From positions 32,001 to 96,000 of the IMG/VR virus record IMGVR_UViG_3300026538_000054: 64,000 nucleotides of DNA; one strand, given 5' to 3'. Of the stretch, positions 53,838 to 62,248 are shown piece after piece; position 1 is the first letter of the stretch, and every line of letters begins with the position of its first letter. The position numbers were made by a program, and so were the translations under genes. The notes under the pieces are model-generated. The model was not told the origin of the DNA and did not search any database. It saw only the letters and a list, made by a program, of their open reading frames with translations. This DNA comes from a virus.

Positions 53838-54263
53838 ATGAAAGAGATAGAAGACCTGATCTTCGACTGTATCGACAACGAACTGGCCTCCCAGGTAGCC
53901 GTGGCGCGTGGCTGTATGAGAGCCCCGGACGACAAGAACTACACAGTACGCGAGGCCTACGCGCGCGCACGCCAGGCTTACGAGCGCTCACGGCGAGTGC
54001 TTGTAAATCTCATGAAGACGGCTGCGCCGAAGCTCGCGATACAAGAGTTGTTCGATGACTACGCGGCCTTCAAGGAGCGCCACGGCCCACTGGGTGACCC
54101 GAAGGACATACCAACCCTTTTCAGCCAGGAGCTTGCTAATCTCAGGTGCCACCACGCCGTGGCGCATCTGGCGCTTCAAGAGGCGTACGCCAGACAGTTC
54201 GACGAGACAGCTAGCGCCAGGTGCGCGACCAGTAGTGGACCAGGTAGCTCTCCGGATGGATGA
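53838..54263 (+). CDS. Hypothetical protein, tandem paralogue B
   Basis: MKEIEDLIFD; shares 46-bp identical 5' DNA with A. Confidence 0.7.
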   Translation: MKEIEDLIFDCIDNELASQVAVARGCMRAPDDKNYTVREAYARARQAYERSRRVLVNLMKTAAPKLAIQELFDDYAAFKERHGPLGDPKDIPTLFSQELANLRCHHAVAHLALQEAYARQFDETASARCATSSGPGSSPDG

Positions 54264-54765
54264 CCGGCTCCTCGTCCCAGAGAAACGGGTAGAAGAAGTG
54301 CCGGGGGTGAATGGTCACTCCCGTCATGTCCTCGCTGAAGAGATCAGGCCCCCAGGGCGGGTATCTATCCACGTAGAAGGGCAGCCGCGCTACCTGCCGC
54401 TTGATCCAGTTATGGCCGGCTTCTGCGCCGAAGACTGCGCTGCAGTAGGTGTGCATGGTCAGGTCACCGGCGAACGCGCGGGCCTCCAACAAAGGATCAA
54501 GTGGCCTCAGGCACTCAATGTCTGCGTCCAGGTACACGCCGCCAAAGGTGTTGACCACGTCCAGGCGCACTACATTGGACCTGGAAGACGGCTTTACGCA
54601 GCGTGGCAGAAAGCGGTAGGTGGCCAATCTCTTGACTGCTGCGTCGTCCCAGAGGACGTACTTCCAGCTCGGGTGCTTGGCCTTGACCGTCTCCATCCAG
54701 GCGCGTTGCTGCTCTGGGACAGGCCCGCCCAACCAGACCTGATGAATGATCTTGGGGATGCTCAT
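54211..54765 (-). CDS. Glycosyltransferase family 32 (OCH1-like, DxD)
   Basis: IPKIIHQVWLG...SNVVRL...GGVYLDADIECLRP. Confidence 0.9.
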   Translation of the reverse strand: MSIPKIIHQVWLGGPVPEQQRAWMETVKAKHPSWKYVLWDDAAVKRLATYRFLPRCVKPSSRSNVVRLDVVNTFGGVYLDADIECLRPLDPLLEARAFAGDLTMHTYCSAVFGAEAGHNWIKRQVARLPFYVDRYPPWGPDLFSEDMTGVTIHPRHFFYPFLWDEEPVIHPESYLVHYWSRTWR

Positions 54766-54938
54766 GATTTTGACTCTAACCTGGGGGAAGAGCATGCGAG
54801 TTGTAAGGTGCAGTAGCTGCGGCAAGGACTTGTGCCTGAAGTGTGACGGTGATGGGTGGTTGTACACCGACGCTGCCGAAGGGGCAGAGTTTTGCCCGGA
54901 CTGCGCCGGCCCGCACCAGTGCCCCAACGAGGAAACGC

Positions 54939-55241
54939 ATGAAGCTCAAGGACAAGACGGCGGCTGACATCGTCGCTACCTGGTACAGGCTCAGGGCCCA
55001 GGGATGGCGTCGCCATCCCGTCGCTTTGGATAACCTCAGAAGCGCGATGTTGGCTCTCGAAGGGCCTGACCTGCCTGAGGAGCTTATCGCGTGGCAGGCG
55101 GCCGTTGAGGCGGAGCGGCAGATGACCGCTGAGCTGGACGCGGACAACATGGTCCCCATGTTGTCCGCGTTTCGCTTCGTCAGGGCCAACCAGGCCCTTA
55201 TCGAGGCCTGTGCAGAAGGAGTAACTGTTGATGGCGACTGA
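54939..55241 (+). CDS. Hypothetical protein
   Basis: GAGG RBS. Confidence 0.5.
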   Translation: MKLKDKTAADIVATWYRLRAQGWRRHPVALDNLRSAMLALEGPDLPEELIAWQAAVEAERQMTAELDADNMVPMLSAFRFVRANQALIEACAEGVTVDGD

Positions 55242-55551
55242 AAAGCAGAAGAAACTGGCGGCCTCTTTTCCCTACGCCGTTCCACAATGCTTCGTCCGGT
55301 TCCTCGACAACAACCACGAAGGCATCGCGGTCTACACCAAACGTGGCGGCGCGGTCAGCTTCACGCGCCATCTCGGCACGCCCATGAACGCTAAGCTCTG
55401 GGAGGACCTGGTGGAGCGGCTGGGCTGCCTGGGGCTGCGTATCTACGGCCCGGGCTTCGACGGTGCGTGGACCATGGGCTTTTTCGGGCCGGGCGCGTTC
55501 ATATACCTGGACGAGAACTTCCTCGTCCGGGACATCGAGTTTCAACCGTGA
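55231..55551 (+). CDS. Hypothetical protein
   Basis: AGGAG RBS. Confidence 0.55.
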   Translation: MATEKQKKLAASFPYAVPQCFVRFLDNNHEGIAVYTKRGGAVSFTRHLGTPMNAKLWEDLVERLGCLGLRIYGPGFDGAWTMGFFGPGAFIYLDENFLVRDIEFQP

Positions 55552-55571
55552 GGTGAGCCATACAAGACGAG

Positions 55572-56060
55572 GTGCTTCAGAAGGCCCTTGAGACCATCAG
55601 GGCCGTCGGCGTCAATCTGCCCGACCCTGCTCCCGGTCTCTGTACCGCCGTCGTGCGACCCTACTACCTGACGGCCGACCAGAACTGGCTCTGCATCGCG
55701 ACCCAGATACACGGGCAGGTCGTCTTCGTGCTCAATTTGTTTTCCGGAAAAGCACACGAGAATGAGCAATGCGTGGCCGATTGGCGGCCTGGTGATGCCC
55801 TGGATGACCAACTGCTTGAGCGATTGCGGCTCTTCGTCCGCGTTGACCATGAGGCCCTTCTCGCCCAGGCCAGGGCCCTGCTTCAGGGCTGGGTGGACAA
55901 ACAAGCCCATGACCGCTGCTGGTACTACCCTGATGTCTTCCGTGAGTTGGCTGCCTTGCTAGGCGTGAAGACGACCGTCCCTGGAGGCTTGCCGCCCAGG
56001 CCTGAGTTCGAGGACGGCTGCAGGAGATACCAGGACGAGGAGTACAACCGCACGGTTTGA
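55572..56060 (+). CDS. Hypothetical protein
   Basis: HDRCW...F...C motif. Confidence 0.55.
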   Translation: MLQKALETIRAVGVNLPDPAPGLCTAVVRPYYLTADQNWLCIATQIHGQVVFVLNLFSGKAHENEQCVADWRPGDALDDQLLERLRLFVRVDHEALLAQARALLQGWVDKQAHDRCWYYPDVFRELAALLGVKTTVPGGLPPRPEFEDGCRRYQDEEYNRTV

Positions 56061-56351
56061 CAGCTCACCTGTTTACCATTACGCTGGAGAGCTCCAGCGT
56101 AATGGTAAGGTTCTCAGCAAGGCCTTCTCGGCGGCCTCGATGCCGTGAAATGCCGTCGGCGCTGCGCTAAATGCCGCAACTCGACCTTGCACACTCGCTC
56201 GCGGGCCAGTAGCATGATGGTGCTCGGAGTGCGTGTTGAGCAGGACAGAGGAAGAAGCCTAGTAGTGTAAGCCGTTCCCCGCGCGGACAGAGCGCCGCCA
56301 ATAGTGGGCCGCGTCGAACAGCTACCCGACGACCTGACCGACGAGCAGAAC

Positions 56352-56592
56352 GAGCAAAAGCCCTGTGCAGCGGGCTGGATGCTGCAACTCTAGCAGTTGG
56401 GGCCAGGACAGGCCTTGCTACACGTACTGAAGCCCTATACAGCGGGCTGATAGCTGTAGCACGGCGAGCGCGTCGACGCCGAGTGGTCAACGCACTGAAG
56501 CCCTCTGCGGCGGGCTGAATGCTGCAACTGGAAGTAGTTGTTCGACAAGGTGGTCGCACCGAAGCCCTCTATAGTGGGCTGAAAGCTGCAGC
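56352..56592 (+). CRISPR. Degenerate array, 4 repeats (56352, 56424, 56492, 56556), spacers 35, 31 and 27 bp
   Basis: Four 37-bp copies; half repeat at 56166-56180. Confidence 0.85.
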
Positions 56593-56626
56593 AGGAGACC
56601 GAGAGCTTGGCGGCCCGGCCCATACC

Positions 56627-56881
56627 ATGTCTACACGCACCATCACCGTCCACGATCGATGTACAAAATGCAACCGCACGCTCCACTTCATATCCGAAGG
56701 CGAGCGAGGCGTGTGCGGTCCTTGCTGGGTGGCCTCTCTCGCGCCCGAGACCAAGAAGGCCATAAATCGCGTGATCGCCAGCGCCTTCAACGGCAGCGGC
56801 GAAGAAGAGAAGAGCCAGGCCGTTGATGGGGCCATGAAGGCCCTCCAGCAAGAAGACAAGAAGCCCTCTGCAGCGGGCTGA
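56627..56881 (+). CDS. Small Zn-finger protein embedded between array repeats
   Basis: CTKCNRTL...SE-x-ERGVCGPC; TGA stop lies inside the next repeat. Confidence 0.65.
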   Translation: MSTRTITVHDRCTKCNRTLHFISEGERGVCGPCWVASLAPETKKAINRVIASAFNGSGEEEKSQAVDGAMKALQQEDKKPSAAG

Positions 56882-56949
56882 AAGCTGCAACTGGAAATAC
56901 TCAAGCATGGGAGTGCCAAAGCCCTCTGTAGCGGGCTAAAAGCTGCGAC
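56861..56949 (+). CRISPR. Mini-array: repeat, 21-bp spacer, repeat
   Basis: Repeats 56861-56891 and 56913-56949. Confidence 0.8.
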
Positions 56950-56963
56950 TGGCGACCGGAGCG

Positions 56964-57155
56964 ATGACGCGCATGTCCGTCGAGGACGACAAGTTCTGGA
57001 ACGAGGTAGTAGGCGATCTCCGCAAGAAGCGAGGCTTTGGCCCGCTCACGCCAGAAGAGGCCCAGGCGGCCTATGACGCCGCGCCGGAAGAGCCTCTCTC
57101 CGAGGACAGGATCAAGGAGATCGTCAAATACGCCGTTTCAGGCGGCCAGGGCTAA
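56964..57155 (+). CDS. Hypothetical protein
   Basis: Short ORF followed by terminator. Confidence 0.55.
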   Translation: MTRMSVEDDKFWNEVVGDLRKKRGFGPLTPEEAQAAYDAAPEEPLSEDRIKEIVKYAVSGGQG

Positions 57156-57193
57156 CCCGACTGAAACGGCGTAGGTAGCACCTCGTCAGGCCT

Positions 57194-57232
57194 AGAAGCG
57201 CCTACTGGAAAACCAGTAGGCGCTTCTTTTGT
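57194..57232 (+). terminator. Intrinsic terminator
   Basis: AGAAGCGCCTACTGG-AAAA-CCAGTAGGCGCTTCT-TTTGT. Confidence 0.75.
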
Positions 57233-57316
57233 CTGTATCATCCCGATAAGCCAGGTGGCCAGGGCGGAGCAGAGGCCACCTGGCACCGTACACGCCTTCA
57301 ACGAGAAGTAGGCTTG

Positions 57317-58030
57317 ATGCCCGTAGCAGTTCAATCCCTGGGCGACGTTCTTATTCAAGAGGTGCTTGAGCACCCCGAGGACGACGTCCCCCGCCTGATC
57401 TACGCCGACTGGCTCGCCGAGAACGATCAGCCCGTCAGGGCCGAGTTCATCCAGCTCCAGTGCCGGCTGGCCAAAGAGCAGCCCGACTACGCCCTTGACA
57501 CTGGAACTTCACCCAGGGCCTACACGTCCTCGGGCGACCCTCGTATCAGGCGGGCCTACGCGCTCTTCCAGGAACTGGCCTTTCCTACCGTCAGCAAGGG
57601 CCCGATTACCTTGACTTCCTTTCAATGGACCGCGGCCACCTGGCGACGAGGCTTCGTGGAGGGCCTCTCCTTGAGCTGCTCGGAATTCACGAGGCTAGCG
57701 CGGCTAGTGTTCAAGCTGCACCCGGTCACGCGCGTGCAGCTCAAAGACAGGCAACCGACCTGGTGCCCGGGATGGAACGGTTACTGGAGTTGGCGCGTTA
57801 CGGGTGACGAGGTCCCGTTTTTTAGCGACGGCTTCTTACTGCCTCACGAAATCTTCAATCTCCTCGGCCCTGGGCACAGGGAGTCGCAACACGGTCAGTG
57901 GCGGCACTTTGACAGCAAGGAGAGGGCCGTACAAGAGCTCTCTCAGGCCTGTGTCGCCTTTGGCATCACCAAGAGGAAGGAGGGCCTCTCTGAGGCCCTG
58001 TCGGCAGAAAGCGAGAAAGATACCTCATGA
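57317..58030 (+). CDS. TIGR02996-domain protein
   Basis: EVLEHPEDDVPRLIYADWLAEN...RAEFIQLQC...WRRGFVE...HPVTRV. Confidence 0.9.
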   Translation: MPVAVQSLGDVLIQEVLEHPEDDVPRLIYADWLAENDQPVRAEFIQLQCRLAKEQPDYALDTGTSPRAYTSSGDPRIRRAYALFQELAFPTVSKGPITLTSFQWTAATWRRGFVEGLSLSCSEFTRLARLVFKLHPVTRVQLKDRQPTWCPGWNGYWSWRVTGDEVPFFSDGFLLPHEIFNLLGPGHRESQHGQWRHFDSKERAVQELSQACVAFGITKRKEGLSEALSAESEKDTS

Positions 58031-58332
58031 CCGATTACGAACAGTGGCGCTTCCGGACCACCTTGCTTAGCGATCTGGCCACCGTGATCGCCGGCAGCGA
58101 ACGTGACTACTCTCCCGAGGAGATCGTCGCCAGGGCCAAGGTCATCACCGAGGCCGTGATCAGAGAGGCGGGCAAGGCCCCGGAGAGACAGGAAAAGCCC
58201 GTCTCTCCGGGGCCTGCCCCCGACGACTACGCGGCCCTGGTGTTTTCGGGCGTCGCCAAGAAACTCGGCGACACGCTGCATGAGTCGGCCGCTTGTTTGA
58301 ACGAAGCGGCCAGAAAGGCCGGGCCGTCGTGA
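58027..58332 (+). CDS. Hypothetical protein
   Basis: Coupled. Confidence 0.55.
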   Translation: MTDYEQWRFRTTLLSDLATVIAGSERDYSPEEIVARAKVITEAVIREAGKAPERQEKPVSPGPAPDDYAALVFSGVAKKLGDTLHESAACLNEAARKAGPS

Positions 58333-58895
58333 ACGAACACCAACGGCTGGAGAGAGACCTTGAGTCTCTCCAGCGTGATCACCTTCTGGTCCTCGCCGAC
58401 GCCGCTCTTGAAGCCGGCGAGGAGCTTCTTGCCGTTGGTTACCGTCGCCTGGCCGAGTGCGGGGCCTGGCCCTTGCAGGTGCTTGAAGACGGCCTGTCTC
58501 GCTGGGAGTGGTGGACGGAGAAGGAAGAAGGCCGCTCCTTTGAGTGCTCCTTGCCGCACCGGTGGATCAAGCGCGTCCGCCAGCTCACCAGGAGCCCTCA
58601 TGGCCAGACGTGCAGGGCCCCTACCAGACAGGCAGCGCTGCGGGCGGCCGCCCAGGCCTGGGGCGAGTTGGCCTTGTCCGTTCACCTGGCTGGGCCGGGC
58701 ACGTCTCTGGGCGATTGGCGCAAGCCCGGGAAGAAGGAAGAAGAAGCGCCAGCTCCCACGGCCTTGCTTGAGGAAATTCAGCAGGAGATGGAGCGCATGC
58801 AGTCGATCAAGGAGCACGTTGACCACATGCGGGCCGCCAGCCCAGCCGGTTGGCGGTCCTGGCGCACGTTCAACCAAGGAGATCAAGGATCATGA
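58329..58895 (+). CDS. Hypothetical protein with TIGR02996-like segment
   Basis: LLVLADAALEAGE. Confidence 0.5.
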   Translation: MNEHQRLERDLESLQRDHLLVLADAALEAGEELLAVGYRRLAECGAWPLQVLEDGLSRWEWWTEKEEGRSFECSLPHRWIKRVRQLTRSPHGQTCRAPTRQAALRAAAQAWGELALSVHLAGPGTSLGDWRKPGKKEEEAPAPTALLEEIQQEMERMQSIKEHVDHMRAASPAGWRSWRTFNQGDQGS

Positions 58896-59680
58896 GCCCA
58901 CCGTTCGATCGCTGTGACAACTGCGGCGGCCAGCTCGGCCACTTCAAACGAGAGGCCTACCTGGAAAAGGCTGTTTGCCTTGCCTGCGGGCTCAAGCACT
59001 TCCGCGACCTGGATGACCATAGGATGTTCAACGCGCCGTATCGCTCGACCCACCCTGTGGACCTGGTCATGTCCCTGCCGGCTGACGACACGAGAGCGCA
59101 GGTGTCGTCTTTCCACCAGCGAGTGGCTGACTCTGGAGTGCCGGTCCTCTTACCGCCGGCGATGTTCGCCAGGCCGTTGGAAGCGGATGCTGAGAGAGGC
59201 CCATCGGCGCCGGCTGGTGTCTGTCAGGGCGACTACGCGGAGATGTTCACCCTTGCCTTCCTGCTCATTCCCGGTCAGGCCCCGCGGATGATCGCTGCGC
59301 CAGGGTTCTCCAGGCCTATCTCCGAGCACATCGGTGACGAACGCGCCTTCCTGGCCCCGTTGGTTCAAGCGGCCGTGCTGCAAGGCGCGCAGCGCATCGC
59401 CAGGGAGGTCCTGGGTCAGGGGCCTTTGCCCCTTCGGGACCTGGACCGCGGCTTGCTCGAGGACATGGGCTTCAAGCGCTACGACAGCCCGTCCCGGGGG
59501 GACTACGAGACCTGGGCCTACGATGGCGGCACCCCGCACGTGCAGTTCTTCGATGGCGAGATAGACCTGCCGCACTGGGCGATCAACGGTCGCGGTCTCT
59601 CTCGCAAGGACTTCTTCGCCTGGTTCCTCAGGGAGCTCAAGACCCAGGTGGTGGATGACGCGCGGGAGAACATGACATGA
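58892..59680 (+). CDS. Zn-ribbon hypothetical protein
   Basis: CDNC...CLAC. Confidence 0.55.
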   Translation: MSPPFDRCDNCGGQLGHFKREAYLEKAVCLACGLKHFRDLDDHRMFNAPYRSTHPVDLVMSLPADDTRAQVSSFHQRVADSGVPVLLPPAMFARPLEADAERGPSAPAGVCQGDYAEMFTLAFLLIPGQAPRMIAAPGFSRPISEHIGDERAFLAPLVQAAVLQGAQRIAREVLGQGPLPLRDLDRGLLEDMGFKRYDSPSRGDYETWAYDGGTPHVQFFDGEIDLPHWAINGRGLSRKDFFAWFLRELKTQVVDDARENMT

Positions 59681-60087
59681 ACGTTTACATCTACTGCGGC
59701 GAGCTCTACTGCGAGGCGTGCGGCAACGTCATGCGCGACGCCTTGAAGAGGATCGGCCGCGCCCCTGCCAACCCTGACGACGAGACGAGCTACGATTCTG
59801 ACTTCTACCCCAAGGGCCCCTACGCCGATGCGGGGGGCGAATCAGACGTCGTTCACCACTGCGGCAGCGACCACAAGTGTCGCGAGCCTGTCGAGATCGG
59901 TGGTAGCCGCTACGGAAAGTTCCTCGAAAACGCCTTGACGACGGCCGGCGTCGCGGAGCTCGAGAGGATGCTTGCGGAAGACCTGGCCAGTCAGGCCGAC
60001 CCGGTCCTACAGTTCTGGGCGGACTACTACCGGAAGGCCGGATACGACATTCGGCAATACGAGAAAGGGAAGCAGGAAGAGAGATGA
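59677..60087 (+). CDS. Hypothetical phage protein
   Basis: YCEAC...YDSDFYPKGP...GGESD...HC. Confidence 0.6.
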   Translation: MNVYIYCGELYCEACGNVMRDALKRIGRAPANPDDETSYDSDFYPKGPYADAGGESDVVHHCGSDHKCREPVEIGGSRYGKFLENALTTAGVAELERMLAEDLASQADPVLQFWADYYRKAGYDIRQYEKGKQEER

Positions 60088-60890
60088 CAGAGGCCCAGTG
60101 GCTTGAGAGCAAAGACCCTTTCGACCTGTTTATGGTGGCGTCCAGCGACGCGCCGGCAAGAAGAAGCGATAGAGAACTGCGTCTTTTCGCCTGCGCCTGC
60201 TGCCGTAGCGTTTGGCACTTGCTTGGCGACGAGAGAAGCAGGCGCGTGGTCGAGGTCGCCGAGAGGTTTGCCGACGGCGAGGTGAGCAGAGAGGAACTGG
60301 GCAGGGCACTCGTCTGCGGCCCTGGTGGTTTCGTTAGCCACTCTCAGCGCACGGACGAACTGGTGCGGCTGTTCTACGCCACGGCCGAGCCCGGCTTCTT
60401 CGTCTTCGCCGGACAACTGCGCAACCTTGGCCGCGGCTGGGAGGGCGAGATGCCGGACAGTGACTGGCACGAGCGCTGGCTGCCCGTGTGGGCCAACTTG
60501 CTCAGGGACGTGGTCGGCAACCCCTTCAGCCCACTCCCTGTCAAGGTGGGCCTTTATCAACCATCCGAAGAGATCACCCGCCTGGCCACGACGGCCTACG
60601 AAGAGCGCTGCCCTGTGTCGGGCGCACTGGAGCCTGCGCGACTCGCCATCCTCGCTGATGCCGTTGAAGAAGCAGGCTGCACGGAAGAGTTATTGCTTCA
60701 TCACCTTCGCGACATGGAGCCGTGCCAGGAGAGGACCAGCCAGGGCTACGAGTGCAAGAACGGGCAGCTCTTCTACCTCAACTCAGGCGGCGCGACTTAC
60801 CATCGCTGTAAAGGGACAGGCTGGATGCGTCATCGCGGTGCTCACGTTCGTGGCTGCTGGGCCCTGGATCTCATCCTGGGAAAGGAGTGA
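60084..60890 (+). CDS. Gemmata-type expanded family protein
   Basis: MTEAQWL, RELRLFACACCR, GNPFSP, LADAVEEAGC, HVRGCWALDLILGKE. Confidence 0.85.
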   Translation: MTEAQWLESKDPFDLFMVASSDAPARRSDRELRLFACACCRSVWHLLGDERSRRVVEVAERFADGEVSREELGRALVCGPGGFVSHSQRTDELVRLFYATAEPGFFVFAGQLRNLGRGWEGEMPDSDWHERWLPVWANLLRDVVGNPFSPLPVKVGLYQPSEEITRLATTAYEERCPVSGALEPARLAILADAVEEAGCTEELLLHHLRDMEPCQERTSQGYECKNGQLFYLNSGGATYHRCKGTGWMRHRGAHVRGCWALDLILGKE

Positions 60891-60894
60891 CCAC

Positions 60895-61791
60895 TTGACC
60901 GAGCGAGAGTGGCTGGGGAGCACGCGGCCCGAGAAGTTACTACGGTGGCTTGACAGTACGACCAGAGCGGACCGCAAGCCCACTCACAGGGGCATGCGTC
61001 TTTTCGTATGCGCCTGTTGCCGCAGCCTGTGGGACAAGTTGAAAGACCAACGACTTCGCGACTCGGTGGAGACCGCCGAGCTTTTCGCCGATGGCGAGGC
61101 TACGGAAAGGCAGTTGGAGCTTGCACACAAAATGGCCTGCCCGGCGGTTAGCAAAACGCATAGTAGCGCGCCTAACGAGTATTTTTGCGTCTGGGCCGCC
61201 CTGATGACGTCGAAGCCTGGTGACCGGTTCCATGACTTCCTAACCGAGCTTGAGCGCTGCCCCTCTGATGATCACCCCCTGCCAAAGGCGACGCAGCTTG
61301 AGTTGATCCGAGAGATCTTCGGCAATCCTTTCCGGCCGGCCATTGCGGACTGCAACGAGGCCCTGGACGGCTCGTGCGAGGCTCACGGCTGCGACTTCCA
61401 GAAGACAGGCGAGGCCACGTCCATATGCCCTGGCGGCAGAGGATGGTTTCGTACACGAATCGCCTGTACACCTACTGTTCGTGATCTTGCGTTAGCCAGC
61501 TACATGGATCGGTCCAGCCAGGATCGTGCTGAGCTCGACCCTTCCAGGCTCCTGGTCCTCGCAGACGCCCTGGAGGAAGCGGGCATGCGGCCCGTTACCG
61601 GCCGTACCGTCTCTCAGGTCGTCCAAGCAAGACAACAAGCCGTCATGGGCGGCTGCTGTGAGCGCTTCGCTGATCACTCGGCTTGTGACTGCCTGGAGCT
61701 GGCCGTTCCTGACGGCGTGCTTGAGCACCTGCGCTCGCCTGGTCCCCACTACCGCGGGTGCTGGGCGCTTGACTTCGTCCTGGGCAGGTAG
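60895..61791 (+). CDS. Gemmata-type expanded family protein
   Basis: TEREWL, RLFVCACCR, GNPFRP, LADALEEAG, HYRGCWALD; TTG start after AAGGAG. Confidence 0.8.
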   Translation: MTEREWLGSTRPEKLLRWLDSTTRADRKPTHRGMRLFVCACCRSLWDKLKDQRLRDSVETAELFADGEATERQLELAHKMACPAVSKTHSSAPNEYFCVWAALMTSKPGDRFHDFLTELERCPSDDHPLPKATQLELIREIFGNPFRPAIADCNEALDGSCEAHGCDFQKTGEATSICPGGRGWFRTRIACTPTVRDLALASYMDRSSQDRAELDPSRLLVLADALEEAGMRPVTGRTVSQVVQARQQAVMGGCCERFADHSACDCLELAVPDGVLEHLRSPGPHYRGCWALDFVLGR

Positions 61792-61899
61792 CGACGGCCC
61801 GCCTCATGGTCGTTGGTGCGACGGACGAGCAGTCGGGTGAGGCCTGGTACAATTCTCCGCCGTGGCTGCTTCGAGTTGCTGGCCGTAGGGAGGCGGAGC

Positions 61900-62235
61900 A
61901 TGTCAGACCAGGCCGTGATGGGCTTGATCACTGCCGTGGTGAGCTTGCTCGGGACGATGTTTACAGGCATCCTCACGTACCTCATGGCCAGGCTCAACGC
62001 TCGCGCCGCCGTCGCCGCGACGGCCGTTGAGCAGGTCAAGAAGGACCTGTCCACCAGCCAGGGCGTGGTCAACGAGAAGCTCGACAAGGCCGAGAAGATA
62101 GCCGAGAAGACGCACACTTTAGTTAACAGTAATATGGGTGTGCAGCTCGAGATGCACGCGCTGCTTGCCAGGCGAATGGCGGACAAGACCCACGAGCCGG
62201 ATGACATCGCGGCGTTCCTGGTCGGCAAGCTGTAA
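61900..62235 (+). CDS. Holin-like membrane protein
   Basis: Single N-terminal TM, coiled coil, HTLVNS motif. Confidence 0.5.
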   Translation: MSDQAVMGLITAVVSLLGTMFTGILTYLMARLNARAAVAATAVEQVKKDLSTSQGVVNEKLDKAEKIAEKTHTLVNSNMGVQLEMHALLARRMADKTHEPDDIAAFLVGKL

Positions 62236-62248
62236 GGGAGCCAGCGGT

